This document shows positions 1 through 12,200 of a DNA stretch of 60,496 nucleotides, one piece after another (the first letter of the stretch is position 1; each line of letters begins with the position of its first letter). Location of the stretch: positions 1 through 60,496 of the forward strand of contig MQRK01255140.1 of NCBI GenBank assembly GCA_001938485.1, in the 5' to 3' direction. The notes beneath the pieces were generated by a model. It was not told the DNA's origin. It did no database searches and was given only the letters and a program-made list of their open reading frames with translations. A program made the position numbers and the translations under genes. The stretch comes from Girardia tigrina. Taxonomy: Eukaryota.

Positions 1-110
1 GTTGCTATGGTAACCGCGACCGTTGCCATGGTAACCGCGACCGTTGCTATGGTAATCGCGACCGTTGCCATGGTAACCACGATAACCCATATCGTTGCCA
101 TGGTTACGGC
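1..110. repeat. 21-bp minisatellite (GTTGCYATGGTAACCGCGACC) made of RFX X-box-like palindromes
   Basis: Five units or partial units visible; truncated by the window start. Confidence 0.85.
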
Positions 111-124
111 TAGGGGGGGGTGTA

Positions 125-510
125 GGCCGAATGCCCATTTTCTCTCTACTTTGGCCCAGAACACTTGGTTAATTGAGTTTAATCTATTGTAAAATTTTTC
201 ATTAATTGTCCTTAAATTTGACATTATCTGGTTAAATTCTGCTGCTGAAAATGTATTTGCAGCTCTCCAAAAATGATTCATGGCATTCACATCTCTACAT
301 TTCAATCTTAACTTTTTAGCAATGTGCCTTATACAGTATGAGCTTGAGCAATTTGGAGCCATTGATTGCAAAGCATTTAGAATACCCCTGTCTCTGTCCG
401 AAAATATTATGACATCAGGTGAATTCATGCTTTCTTGTACCTTAATTTAGCTAAGAAACCAATACCAACTGCTAGAATTTTCACTTTCAACTATAGCAGC
501 TGAAATTAAA
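125..510 (-). mobile_element. MULE/MuDR transposase fragment
   Basis: Minus strand reads AAIVESENSSSWYWFL...VIIFSDRDRGILNALQSMAPNCSSSYCIRHIAK..FWRAANTFS (SDR and CxxH MULE motifs), interrupted. Confidence 0.8.
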
Positions 511-729
511 ACGATAATTTATAATAAAAAATCGTGTTTTTTAATTGTTAGGAATTAAAAATGCTGTGAAAAATTTTTGAAAGAAGGTTATATTAAATAT
601 ATACAAATTAAAATTTTTATATAATTAAATATGTAACGTTTGAAAAAATAAAATTACCCAAATTAAAAAAATAATTTTTATTTTTAAAGATAACTGGAAT
701 GGTTATTTTTTAACAAAGTACAGATTCAT

Positions 730-1510
730 TGCCGATAAATGGTACATCGGAAAAATGTCGTTAATCAGACACAAAATAGAAAACCCATGGAGAACCAATA
801 TTTGTAAAATCTTATCCACCATCAAAACTTTTGAGGAGAAACTTTATAATATCATAAAGCACTTTGAAGAAAACGATATAATCGAATAGTGTTGTTTTGG
901 TATGTGTTTGGAAGAAAAAAAGCAAGATTTCCGTCAGTTTAATAAAATGACAGTACGACCATTAAATCCAATACCAAATATGCACGATATGTTTTTTTAT
1001 GTACCGTAGCCGTTGGGCCGTGGGTGAATCAAATATGCACAAGCATTATAGTTTGGGTTTGCATATTTTTGAGTGTCTTAGTAGGGAATGAACCTGGTGG
1101 CGCTTATCTCCTCTCCAGGTATGCATGTCCATTGGCGCCATGGAGCTCAAACGCCCTTTGCTCGGTTTTGATTTTCCTCCTGTTAAGTGTCCACATATTC
1201 TCTTCACCCCAGTTGCTCAGGGTAAGGGAATCGGTTTAGTCGCCAACCATTCGACTATAGGACAGGTATTACAGGTTCACATGGTACCTGTAGCAGACAT
1301 CTTGCCTGACTTGACAGGTAGTCAATGGCGCCGCGATTGACATATCGGTTTTCCATATAAGTACTAACACGGCCGTTGGTTGCTTAACTTCGGAGATCAG
1401 ACGAAATCCGGTGTACCCAACTGCGGCCATTTACTACTTGCACGATATATTGCATACACTAAATATAGCAAAACATTTAGTACGTTTGATTTGGGAAGTG
1501 CATACCAAAA
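730..1510 (+). mobile_element. Degenerate Ty3/gypsy reverse transcriptase relic, split by a SINE
   Basis: DFRQFNKMTVRPLNPIPNMHD[SINE]ILHTLNIAKH, then after a frameshift FSTFDLGSAYQ. Confidence 0.65.
991..1438 (-). mobile_element. 5S rRNA-derived SINE (SINE3-type), full-length copy 1
   Basis: Minus-strand head CACCGGATTTCGTCTGATCTCCGAAGTTAAGCAAC...GTTAGTACTTATATGG is 5S-like (box A, IE, box C); A-tail; 10-bp TSD TGCACGATAT at 981-990 and 1439-1448. Confidence 0.85.
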
Positions 1511-1729
1511 GTAGAGCTGGAAAGTGATTCCAAGATTAAAACGGTATTCTCAACAAAAAGCAGCCAAACCACTGATCCCGTAGGAGGCATATCGGGGCCG
1601 CCCTTAAGGATTTTAGTTTTGATAGACCCTCTCAAGAGCATTGGACTCAAGACCATTCGAAATAGATGGGAGGCTCACTTAATAGTGCCATTAAAACCAG
1701 GACTGCGGGGTCGGACTAAAATTGCCCGA

Positions 1730-2378
1730 TTTAGAGGGCCGATATGGAAGAAGTGAGCGTGGTCATGCAGCAATTCAGCACGTTCAAAATATCAGAAGTA
1801 GAAATATTTCCGTTTGTTGTGGACTGCTTAAGACCAGTGTGCTGTACTATAAAAGGCAAATTTGTGCTTTCAATACTGAGACCTTTCTAGAATTTATTGA
1901 TGATACCGTAGTTAAACTGGCCGAAATGAATATGAGTAATATGATGTTTATAATGCGACAATGTCGCATTCCATAAGTCCCACCTTGTTGCAGAAAAAAT
2001 AACAGCTTCCGGGCATACAATTCATTTTTTGCCACCCTACTCCCCATTTTTGAATCCTATCGAGAACATGTTTTCTGAGGTAAAGCAGCGTGTTAGAGTG
2101 GCCCGCCCTCATAATGAAGAGCAGTTATTCATCAGTATCGACTCCTCTTTTAATGCAGTTGTACCAAATAGCTGTGAAAATTACTATCGGCAGATGCTAT
2201 CTTTTATTCCGAAATGCTTGAACAGAGAAATAATTGATGATGAAAATTATGATTAAATCATTACATGAAAGTGTTTTTTATTTAACAATTTTTTATGTTT
2301 TTATATAACCTTTTTTTCACCTTTTTAATTTTCACACTTCAAAGTGGAAATATTCACATTTAAAAGTGGAAACTCTGT
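1730..2378 (+). mobile_element. Tc1/IS630-family DDE transposase 3' fragment with right end
   Basis: FIMRQCRI (frameshifted xDN..H region) and LPPYSPFLNPIENMFSEVK; ends ...CTG|TA. Confidence 0.8.
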
Positions 2379-2719
2379 AAGATTGGCTACAATAAATTCC
2401 GGCCTTCAAAGCCTAAAAGGTTGTCCATCCGGGCATTAAGAGATGATTCGTCAAGACATGACATTCGTAATGAAAAACAAAACATCAGATTAATTACAGG
2501 TTACTCGGAAATTCTCAACTTCAATTCTTTGGTGCAAAAAGCATCAAAACAAAAGGAAATCAAAACTCAATAATCAATAAATAATATATTTTATATAAAT
2601 ATTAAAAACAAAGTTTAAATCTGAAGTCAATCATGCTAATTAGCGGCAACTCGAAGGGGTGAGATCATTTACAATGACATAAGTAAAACAGTGACATAAT
2701 TTGATTAATTTGAAACTAT

Positions 2720-3204
2720 TTAAGATTTTTTCTTGCTCCTTCCGGATATCATCGGTGCACAGCCAATCGGTTTACTAGGAACAATCTGTGCTACACAGGC
2801 GCACCCACCCCTTTCATGGCCACGAATGTTCAACTGACAAGGAACCACATTTCCTGAAACAATATCCATTCTACGATTCGCCTGGTTATTCTCCCCACTG
2901 GCTGTTGTGTTACTGGAACCAGAACTCTCTCTTCCACGAACGGATTCAGCGATATGATTTCTCGGCTGTTTCAAAGCATGATCGTTATATGTCCAGTTAT
3001 TACTACTACGAATTATTTCAGCATCGCTAAGACGGATTCTCGCTAAATCAACTGAGAACGCAAAAAAAAACCAATTAAGAACAATCGAAACATGATCTTT
3101 TTGAAGTGAATTCTTACGGGAATTATTTCCTTTCGAAGATACACAATAAGACTCAATCACTTGCAGTACTAAAGCATCATCTTTAATTTTTGGAGACGAT
3201 TCTT
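2720..3204 (-). CDS. ARHGEF7: PIX exons 15-16: GIT-binding domain and divergent C-terminus
   Basis: [20 protein letters not shown] resembles the PIX GBD (EEDAQILKVIEAYC); 66-nt intron 3117-3052 GTAAGA...TCTCAG; ends GRSKKKS*. Confidence 0.75.
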
Positions 3205-6200
3205 CTAAATTGGAAAGAAAACTTGAGCAAATAACATAAACTTGAGAAAATAACATAAGAAATATTAAGAAATATCATTCATGCATGCTGCCAAGCTCAT
3301 ATCCAAATCAAATCATTTAAAGCAATATCTTTTCAAACTAATCTTAAAATAAATATCCTCTTTCAATAAATTTATTTGTTTTGTGTAATTAAATAAAAGA
3401 TATTAATATAATAAAAAAATATATATTTACAGATAAATGCACACAAAAAAATTTTTTCTCCATAAAATATAATGCAATTTCCATTAATTTTCGTATAAAT
3501 AATATATAAAAAATATTTATATTTAACAAATAGATTCTATAATAAAAAAGTAAACAACTAATGAAAAACTTTGTGAAATAAAAATCACATTTTAAGAGCA
3601 AATATTAAAAATTTAATTAAAAGCAAATTTAAAATTAAAAGATTTACAAAAATCAAATTGACCTTCCGTCCACCAAACGCGAGTCTAATAAACCCATTTT
3701 CAATATGCTTTCACTATTTTGCTTTTTTTAGTAATGTATTATCCTATAGATATATACCATTTTCCGTTAAATTTGAACATTTTATTTTTCAAATTGAACA
3801 TTTTACTAATGAATCGCAACATTTTTTATTCAAATTGAACATTTTACCAATGAATCGCAACATTTTATTATTCAAATTCTGAGTCCCCGAGCAATATTAA
3901 TTGCAAGATATCTACTTATAACTTATAAGTAGTTTATATTAATTTTTAATGTTTTTTTAATGAAAATTTTTTAAAAAAAATTTTTTCGGCAAATTTTTTA
4001 AATTTTTTTTTCGTCTGCATAAAGAATAGATATAAAAAATTAAATTTTTTAATTTACTAGTTCTAACTATTTTTAAATGTTCATCTTTGTAAAAATATTA
4101 AATTGAAAAACGATTCACACAATTAGAGACATGGGTAATGGAGTTGAAATTCTAAAGAACCCAACATATATAAATTAAATGGTGAGAGAACCAATACAAA
4201 AATACATAAGAAGGATACAAATGACTGTCTTTTGGAATATTATCAATTCTTAAAACACGTATTTGAGTGTTCATCAAGTGGAATTTGTAAAAAAAACTTT
4301 AGTTATTAAGTTTTACATTTTACATCTTAATAATCATAAGAAAGATATATACAAAAACACTTCAGAAGCAATTATTTATTATTATTATTATTTTTTGGCT
4401 TATAGCGTAATAAAATGAGTAGGATTATGATATATATATATATATATATATATATNNNNNNNNNNNNNNNNNNNNNNNNNNNNNNNNNNNNNNNNNNNNA
4501 ATAAGTTCCCGCCGTTTTTTGAATTTTTAATCAATTTAATATTTAAATCAAATTTTTTGATGTTATGTTATATGTTATTTGAAAGCTATTGTTTTGCTCT
4601 AAAAAAATGGTGTATTTTGTTTTTTTATTCAGATTAATTTTTGTCGATTTTTAGACTATTGAAATGGAGTGTCAAGTCGACAAAAATATTTTACAACACG
4701 ACAATGCACGTCCTCATATTGCCAGAATGACAAAAGAAGCCATTCAAACGTTGGTTGGGAAGTGTTACCGCACCCTCCGTATTCACCTGACTTGGCTCCA
4801 TCTGATTTTCATCTTTTCCGTTCGCTTTCTAACGCTTTGCGTGGTATTTCGTTCAACAATAATGGAGAACTGCAAGTTTGGTTGGCTGAATTCTTCGAGT
4901 CAAGGCCGGACGATTTCTACCAAAGATGCATTGAAAAACTCGTTGAACGTTGGGAAGAAGTCGTGAACAATGAGGGAGATTATATTTGTGATTAACTTGT
5001 AGTAACTTTTTTGTTAAAAAATAAAATTTTAATTTTTCGAAAAACGGCGGGAACTTATTCCTCAACCCAATATATATATATATATAACAAATCCTGAAAG
5101 ACCTGATCCTTAAAACAACTGGATTTTAATAAAGTATATTATGCTAATTTTAAAACTAATAATTAAGATAGATAAAACCAAAAGAGTCAGCGAATTGTCA
5201 AGGAAGCTGCTAATCATTTAGACAAGTATTTAAACTTAAAAAGCGGACCAAGAACAGAATTCTCATTAAAATATTATGAGCAAACTTGAAACCTAAAGTA
5301 GGTAGTTGATTCTCACGAATAAAACAAGGAATCAAACTTCAGTAGTAATCGTAAATCATTAATCTAATCTTTTTTTTTATTTTTCCAATTGAAATTCAGC
5401 ACAAATAGCATTAGAATAGTTAGTCTACATCCTCCTAATTAAATTAATAACCATCATGGAATTCTCCTATAATCAACTAAGTTTAGAGATGATACTAAAA
5501 TGTAATCAAGCAATACTTTTAATCAAGTAACATGACAAATCAAATACGAGGAATCAATACTGTATCAAAGCATTATTATAAAATAATTTATCATTACTTA
5601 ATGAATCCATTACTCTTAATACTTCCTCTGGATTAATAGCACTTTTTAGACGACCTAGATATTCATAAATTTAATAACGTCAGACACATATTTTATTCGC
5701 TAATAAATAAATCCGATGATCAACGAGAATAAACGACAATGAAAAATAATCACATTGAACAAATTTTAAAAAAATCTAAATTAATTTAAATCTGATACAG
5801 TCTAGCATCATTTGTGAAACTTATCGTTTATATTTATTTATTTATATATTTATCGATCATTGATGTAAATCGTAGAAAACTCGATTATAAAGAGTTTTTA
5901 CTTGAAAGGTTTTAGAGATTTGATAATGTAGTTCAAATTGCAATATTTTCAAAAATCCATTAGCCACACGTGCTACATCAATCGTACAGTCAGGGGCCAG
6001 AAGTTTGTTGATGTTATTAACATGGTGCATTACATTAACGAAAATCCTCTTTTTTATATCAGAATTAAAATTTTGTGTTTTTATTTTTCTCTTTTTGATT
6101 ATTAACTAAATCTACTTTCATTACATTAGAAGCCAAACATTTAGGACTTGAAAACATGGAAGTTTGACGCCAAATTTAATTTAATAATTCATAAATAATT

Positions 6201-9200
6201 ATTTTAAAATTATAATCAATTATTAATTTATCAACAAATATTTTATCTTTCAAGAATGTTATTTACTTAATTAGTTATTATCAATTTAAATTTTTTTAAA
6301 ATAAAATAATCTATTTATTTCAGAATATTAAAAATAAATTTTTAAAAATTTTCAAGAAAATGTTTTATAAATAATTTAAAAGAATTTTGAAAAGAAAATT
6401 TAGTCTAAAAGAAATATGTGACAAAAATTCAAAAATGATTAAAATCAATAAAAAGTATTTTATTTTTACATCTAAAGTTCTTTTTATAAAATTGCAATTT
6501 ACCGTATTTTTCCGTGTATAAGATAGAGCCCTTTTTTGTCAAAATTTAATGAACATTTAACGCAAACATCAAAAATACCAATTTTCATCTGGATTAGAAA
6601 AATGCATTTCCAAATACCAAATTCAACATACAAATTTTCAATATTCATCTCAATAAATTTAAAAATAAATTATTAATTTCTTTTTTATAATCAAATAAAT
6701 GCCTAAATGACCATCGATATACTTTATTTAAAGGCCTGAAAAATGTCTTCATAAGATACGTCGAAAGGTAATTCATTATATCTCCTTGAAAAATTATAAA
6801 AATTTTAAACATTAATAAATAAATAAATAATAATAGAAAACGTTTAAAAGCAGTTAATATCAGCCAATAATGCAAATATAATTGAATTGGTAGATATTTT
6901 TTATTTTTGAAATTTTGTAATATTCATATACCCCGATTCAATTTTTTTGCAATTCACAAAATATCTAGTTTCTCAACAATCTATATATAATGTTATATAT
7001 CATTCGATAGTGAATTTAAAACTGCATATTAAATATTCAACACATCTTTGTTTTAACGTATTACTTTAATTGTCTTTCCAATTTTGCATTTTTGAAAGTT
7101 GTAAATCGATTCAAAATTTTTGCATTAGTAATAAAAGTAAGCTGTTGTTAATTTTAAAACTATATTAGTAATTTCATTTTTTACAAATCTTTAGATGACT
7201 TTATCATGTGAATTACGAAATTTAATTTATGAAAAATTAAGGGAGAACATGACCAAAGTCGACATTGCTAAGGCATATAATGTAAGTTTAAGGACCGTAT
7301 ATGGCATTCAAAGGCAAGGAGTAGAACCCAAACCTTCTGTTGAACGTTCGAAGAACGCTAGGAAATCAAAAGAAGTTGTTAGAAGGGCTGTTAATGCATT
7401 CAAAATGAAAAATGAGCGCACATCTTGCACTAAAATAGTTAATATAATTATTACACCTTTCTCTAAAAGTACTGTGAGACGAAACTTAATCTCACTAGGT
7501 TATAAGTATGTTCCATAATTTTAAGTGATGCTAAAAAAAACAGCGCGTGAAAATGGTTAGAAGCTACATAACGCAGCGCATTGATTTTCATAAAGTAGTA
7601 TTTACTGATGAATCTCGTTTTTCTNNNNNNNNNNNNNNNNNNNNNNNNNNNNNNNNNNNNNNNNNNNNNNNNNNNNNNNNNNNNNNNNNNNNNNNNNNNN
7701 NNNNNNNNNNNNNNNNNNNNNNNNNNNNNNNNNNNNNNNNNNNNNNNNNNNNNNNNNNNNNNNNNNNNNNNNNNNNNNNNNNNNNNNNNNNNNNNNNNNN
7801 NNNNNNNNNNNNNNNNNNNNNNNNNNNNNNNNNNNNNNNNNNNNNNNNNNNNNNNNNNNNNNNNNNNNNNNNNNNNNNNNNNNNNNNNNNNNNNNNNNNN
7901 NNNNNNNNNNNNNNNNNNNNNNNNNNNNNNNNNNNNNNNNNNNNNNNNNNNNNTTTGGTCCAAAATCGAAAGTGAGGGAGAAAAGTTGACCACAAACGAA
8001 CCAGATCTTTTTCAAAGGTTATATGCAAGATTTTACGAAAATATGTGTGACATATTGTGCTCAAATGGTGAAATTATAAAATAAGTGTATTTTATAATAA
8101 TAAATGTCATTTATTATTAAGTTGAGTGCCTTGAAGTATAGTGCAAAAATAATGAACCGTTTTTAATGTCCCAATTTTATAATAAAGATATTNNNNNNNN
8201 NNNNNNNNNNNNNNNNNNNAGGGTGAATATAACGTCTAATAGACATTTAAATTAGCTATTGAATGACATATAACATTCCATATATAGCGTGATGCAATTA
8301 GATAATTTATCAATTGCAAAAAAATTGAATCGGGGTATAGTTGTCACTTAAAATTTAAACTTTAAAAATATCACAAACATATTTTTATTGTAATTCATGC
8401 TTAATGTTATGATTTGTTAAAAAATACAATGAAAGGGGTTTCGAGTTCCGGAAATAATTTGTAAAAACATGCTCTAGTATTTATGTCATCGTAAATTGGT
8501 ACCATGCCCATGAACTGACAACGATCTATTAACATTACAAATAATGCAACCTAGTAATAAATTAAAAATTTCATTGCTTTTTTATTCTTGATTATCAATT
8601 CTTTTTCCCCAAAAAAATAACGTTTATGAAGGTGTCTGAGGAATGATTTCTTGGAATTGTCTGGCTGTAAGTTAAGACGTTTCTTTTATATTTCCTTATC
8701 AAAAATGTATCAGAAATAATAATAAAAAGACAGTAATTCTAAAGTTTATCGATTAACAGCAAAACGATTTTTAAAAATGGAACTCTGTTAATAACTAATT
8801 GAATGTTGTAATTTTTTCATAATTTTCTTAATTAAAAAATTAGAAAATTTTTTTAAATTATTCAGAAAATAATTTATTATTTAAATTTGCTTCGTCACAA
8901 GTCAATAATTGTTGTTTTTAAGCTACAAGAAGATATGAAGAAGAGCTGCTTCGAGATGATGTACCAAATGTTAATTTGTATATACTAAATAATATTCAGT
9001 ATCAATGTATGACAATAAAATAGCCCTACCGTCGATTTTTTTTTAATTGGTTACTCGGTGATATATTAGGTTGAGGAATAAGTTCCAGCCGTTTTTTGAA
9101 TTTTTAATCAATTTAATATTCAATTCTTCGAGTCAAGACCGGGCGATTTCTACAAGAGGCATTGAAAAACTCGTTGAACGTTGGGAAGAAGTCGTGAACA

Positions 9201-12200
9201 ATGGCGGAGATTATATTTGTGATTAATTTGTAGTAACTTTTTTGTTAAAAAATAAAATTTTAATTTTTCAAAACGGCGGGAACTTATTCCTCAACCCAAT
9301 AGATTTTAAAATGCTCCCCTAATCATTAAAATCAGTAAAAAAATACCGGTAACAGTCGTGAAAGAATGAGCTTTTATAAATAAATATAAGTTTATTGCAA
9401 TTTTAAACAAGAGATTCTAATTTAGTATCACAGAAATGTGTTTTAGACGAAACATGTTAAAACATTCATTTAATAAACAGTTCATACAGGTTAGTTCTCA
9501 CTGGCCCAAGAAAATTAATAAAAAATTATAGAAATTTTATAATAATTATCTACCGGTTTTTTCCGTAAATAATCACTGGGACATCTTTCGGAAAATCGTA
9601 TTTTTTTCGAGAAAATGGGCAATTAAAATAAGCCCATGGGCTTAAGTAATACTCGTAAAAACTACTATACTTTTTTTTCAAAAGAAAAGTAATTTCGAGA
9701 AATTTTCTGAAAATAATCCCAGCTAAAAATACGCTCATGGACTTATTTTTGACTGAGCTTATTTTCGGAGGAACCCGGTAATTAATGGTATATAAAGCAT
9801 TGATCATATTTTGATATTTTACAAAAAACAGCCGAAATACTATAACCTTCATCGAAAGTCATTAAAATGTATTTTTTTTGTTAATGATTTAACCGTCATT
9901 ATCAGAACAAATTATTTTTAAACAGGAAGTTAATTATATAATGGGGTGAATGATTATGGAATCAAAACATCAATAGAACATCATTTAGCAACTCCCATTA
10001 AGGTTGTAGAGTAGAGTTTTCACGTTCATTTTAGGAACCGAGAATTCGAAACCTACTTAACATCAACTTGCATTCAAATGTCGCTCTACCTCAATTCTCC
10101 TGAAATTGAGTGGACAATGTTTAAATTTTGAGAATTTGTATTTATAATGTTTGTAATGGCCAGTATTATTACTTTCACCTTCAATATGACCGTGTTTTGG
10201 GTCCTAATACTGAAATGATGTAATGTCTCCAAATTTTCGCTGTCGTCAATATTATATGGAATTTTGATAAGGTAATCTTCAAAACAAGGTGCGTAGCTCG
10301 ATGAAACGATGTAATCTTTACATCTCAAGTCCGTATCATTTTGTTTTCGCATTGAAATGCTTACAATACATCGCAAATCGGTTTTATTTTTTTATGATAC
10401 TTTCTGTGAAATTATTTTGGGGTAGTGTCTGGCTTTACGTCAATTGAGTCGATTGTATAGTCAGACTATTTGCTCTCGCTCTAATTAAAGTATGTTACTT
10501 TGAATTAATCTTTTCGCCAATTGAAGTCAGAGAAGCAAAATGTTTGATTGTTTTCTCTATTCTTTTGTTAGCTTACTTTCTATATATACAGGGTGGGCCA
10601 AAAGTAGGGTTACAGTTAACAATTTCAGCTTATCCATGAGGCGTCGCAATGATGTTCTTGGTATTGATAGCTGTTGCGAAGCACGTCGTGTGGACTTCTT
10701 TGGACTGTTCACAAATGTCATAGCCACCAACATCTCATTTTCTTCAGTCATGGAAGTCTTAGGACGTCCGGATTTTGGAGCATTACACACTGAACCTAAA
10801 GTTTCAAATTTATCCCTTATGTGATAAATTGTCTTGCGTGAAGGTGGAGGAGTGTGAAATGCTTTTTGCCAAGCTGTGCGCACATGCTCGGCATTTTCCA
10901 ATTTCCAATACTGCTTTAATATCCACTTTCTTTGCTCTATATTGTAATTATTTGCCATTGTTCACAGTTCAGGGTTCCTGTAAATAAAAAACAAATTTAT
11001 AAAATGTATTACGTTTTTAAGACATGAGTATGTAACATAGAATAAGAGTTCAGTAATATTTTCTATAATTTATATCTAAACGTGATTGTGAAGGCGAAAC
11101 AGATAATGAAGCAACTGTAACCCTACTTTTGGCCCACCCTGTATATATAACTACAGCTTTACTTTGTATTTTTTGTTATTATTTTGTCGTCATGTATGAA
11201 ATTTGTAGAACAAAAGTCAAAGTTCATTGATTCACCAATACAAACATTTTTGTCATTCACCAAAGTATGTACCCATATTATCGACACACCTTTGCCTTTT
11301 CAGAGACAGCTTATTGAGGCCATGTGAATAAAAATTTGGTGGGAGAGAATCTATAAAGGCTATTTTTACGACATTTTCGGAATTGATTTTTTTCTATCAA
11401 AAAGTTGTTCCAATTGAGGAAAAAATGGTAATCAGTTAGGGCTAGGTCTGGTGAGTATGAAGGATGATATAAAAGTTCCTTTTTGAAAATTGCGGTAATA
11501 TTCAATCGCCATCGTTGTCTATACCTTGAATCAGGTTTGGTAAAATACATGATTAATATTACGAGCCGTTTCTGTCACTGCTTCACATTTTAAACTCGTA
11601 CGAAACAACTGATACATGATTTTTTTCAGATTTATTAAGAAACTGACATAAGCCCTTCTTTAATTGTGAAAATGTTGTGTCCATATTCTCAGTGTAATTT
11701 TAGGGACCATTTTTTATAGTGTAATTTTTAGATCCAATTCTCCAAGCAGCATTCAAAACGTCGTTGTCGAGTTTCCACCGTTAAAAAGCGTGGCATAAAA
11801 TGGGAACATAGTTTTCGATTACCGCTTTCAGTGAGAAGAGTATGCAGAGTGCCTTTGCTCACATTTAGGCGGTTTGTGAGCTCTCTCGTCGTTATTCTTC
11901 TCTCATTTTTTTACAATTATCTGCAGCTTTTGCGTTACTTTTTTAATAAATTTCCGATGGTCTTCAAGATCTTTCTTCATTTACCACGGAGGTTCTACCA
12001 CTCTGAAAGTAATTGAACCAACGATAAATTGTTTCAGTGGATTGGCACTCTTGTTGGTAAACAGTTTCCAGTTCAGAAAGAACCTCTTCTCTATTTTTCC
12101 TTTCAGAAAGAGAAAATGAATAACGCTATGGTATTGAATAGTTTCCAGTGATATTTTTCGAATATTCGCAAAAATTGACATAAGCAATAATGGATTATTA

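Noticed and set aside
7-192. 61-aa repetitive ORF (VTATVAM)n, or a CRISPR-like array
   Set aside because: Translation of a spacerless 21-bp minisatellite in eukaryotic DNA
1024-1340. Related short ORFs here and at 28720-29022 and 44704-44919
   Set aside because: Antisense translations of the SINE; frames are not conserved between copies
1320-1438. True 5S rRNA gene
   Set aside because: Diverged, fused to a SINE body with A-tail and TSD, and no T-run terminator after the head
2382-2573. 63-codon open stretch on the plus strand
   Set aside because: No start codon, recognisable domain or partner exons; abuts a TE end
7463-8084. Long X-rich ORFs (also 27384-27824 and 34883-35403)
   Set aside because: Artefacts of N gaps
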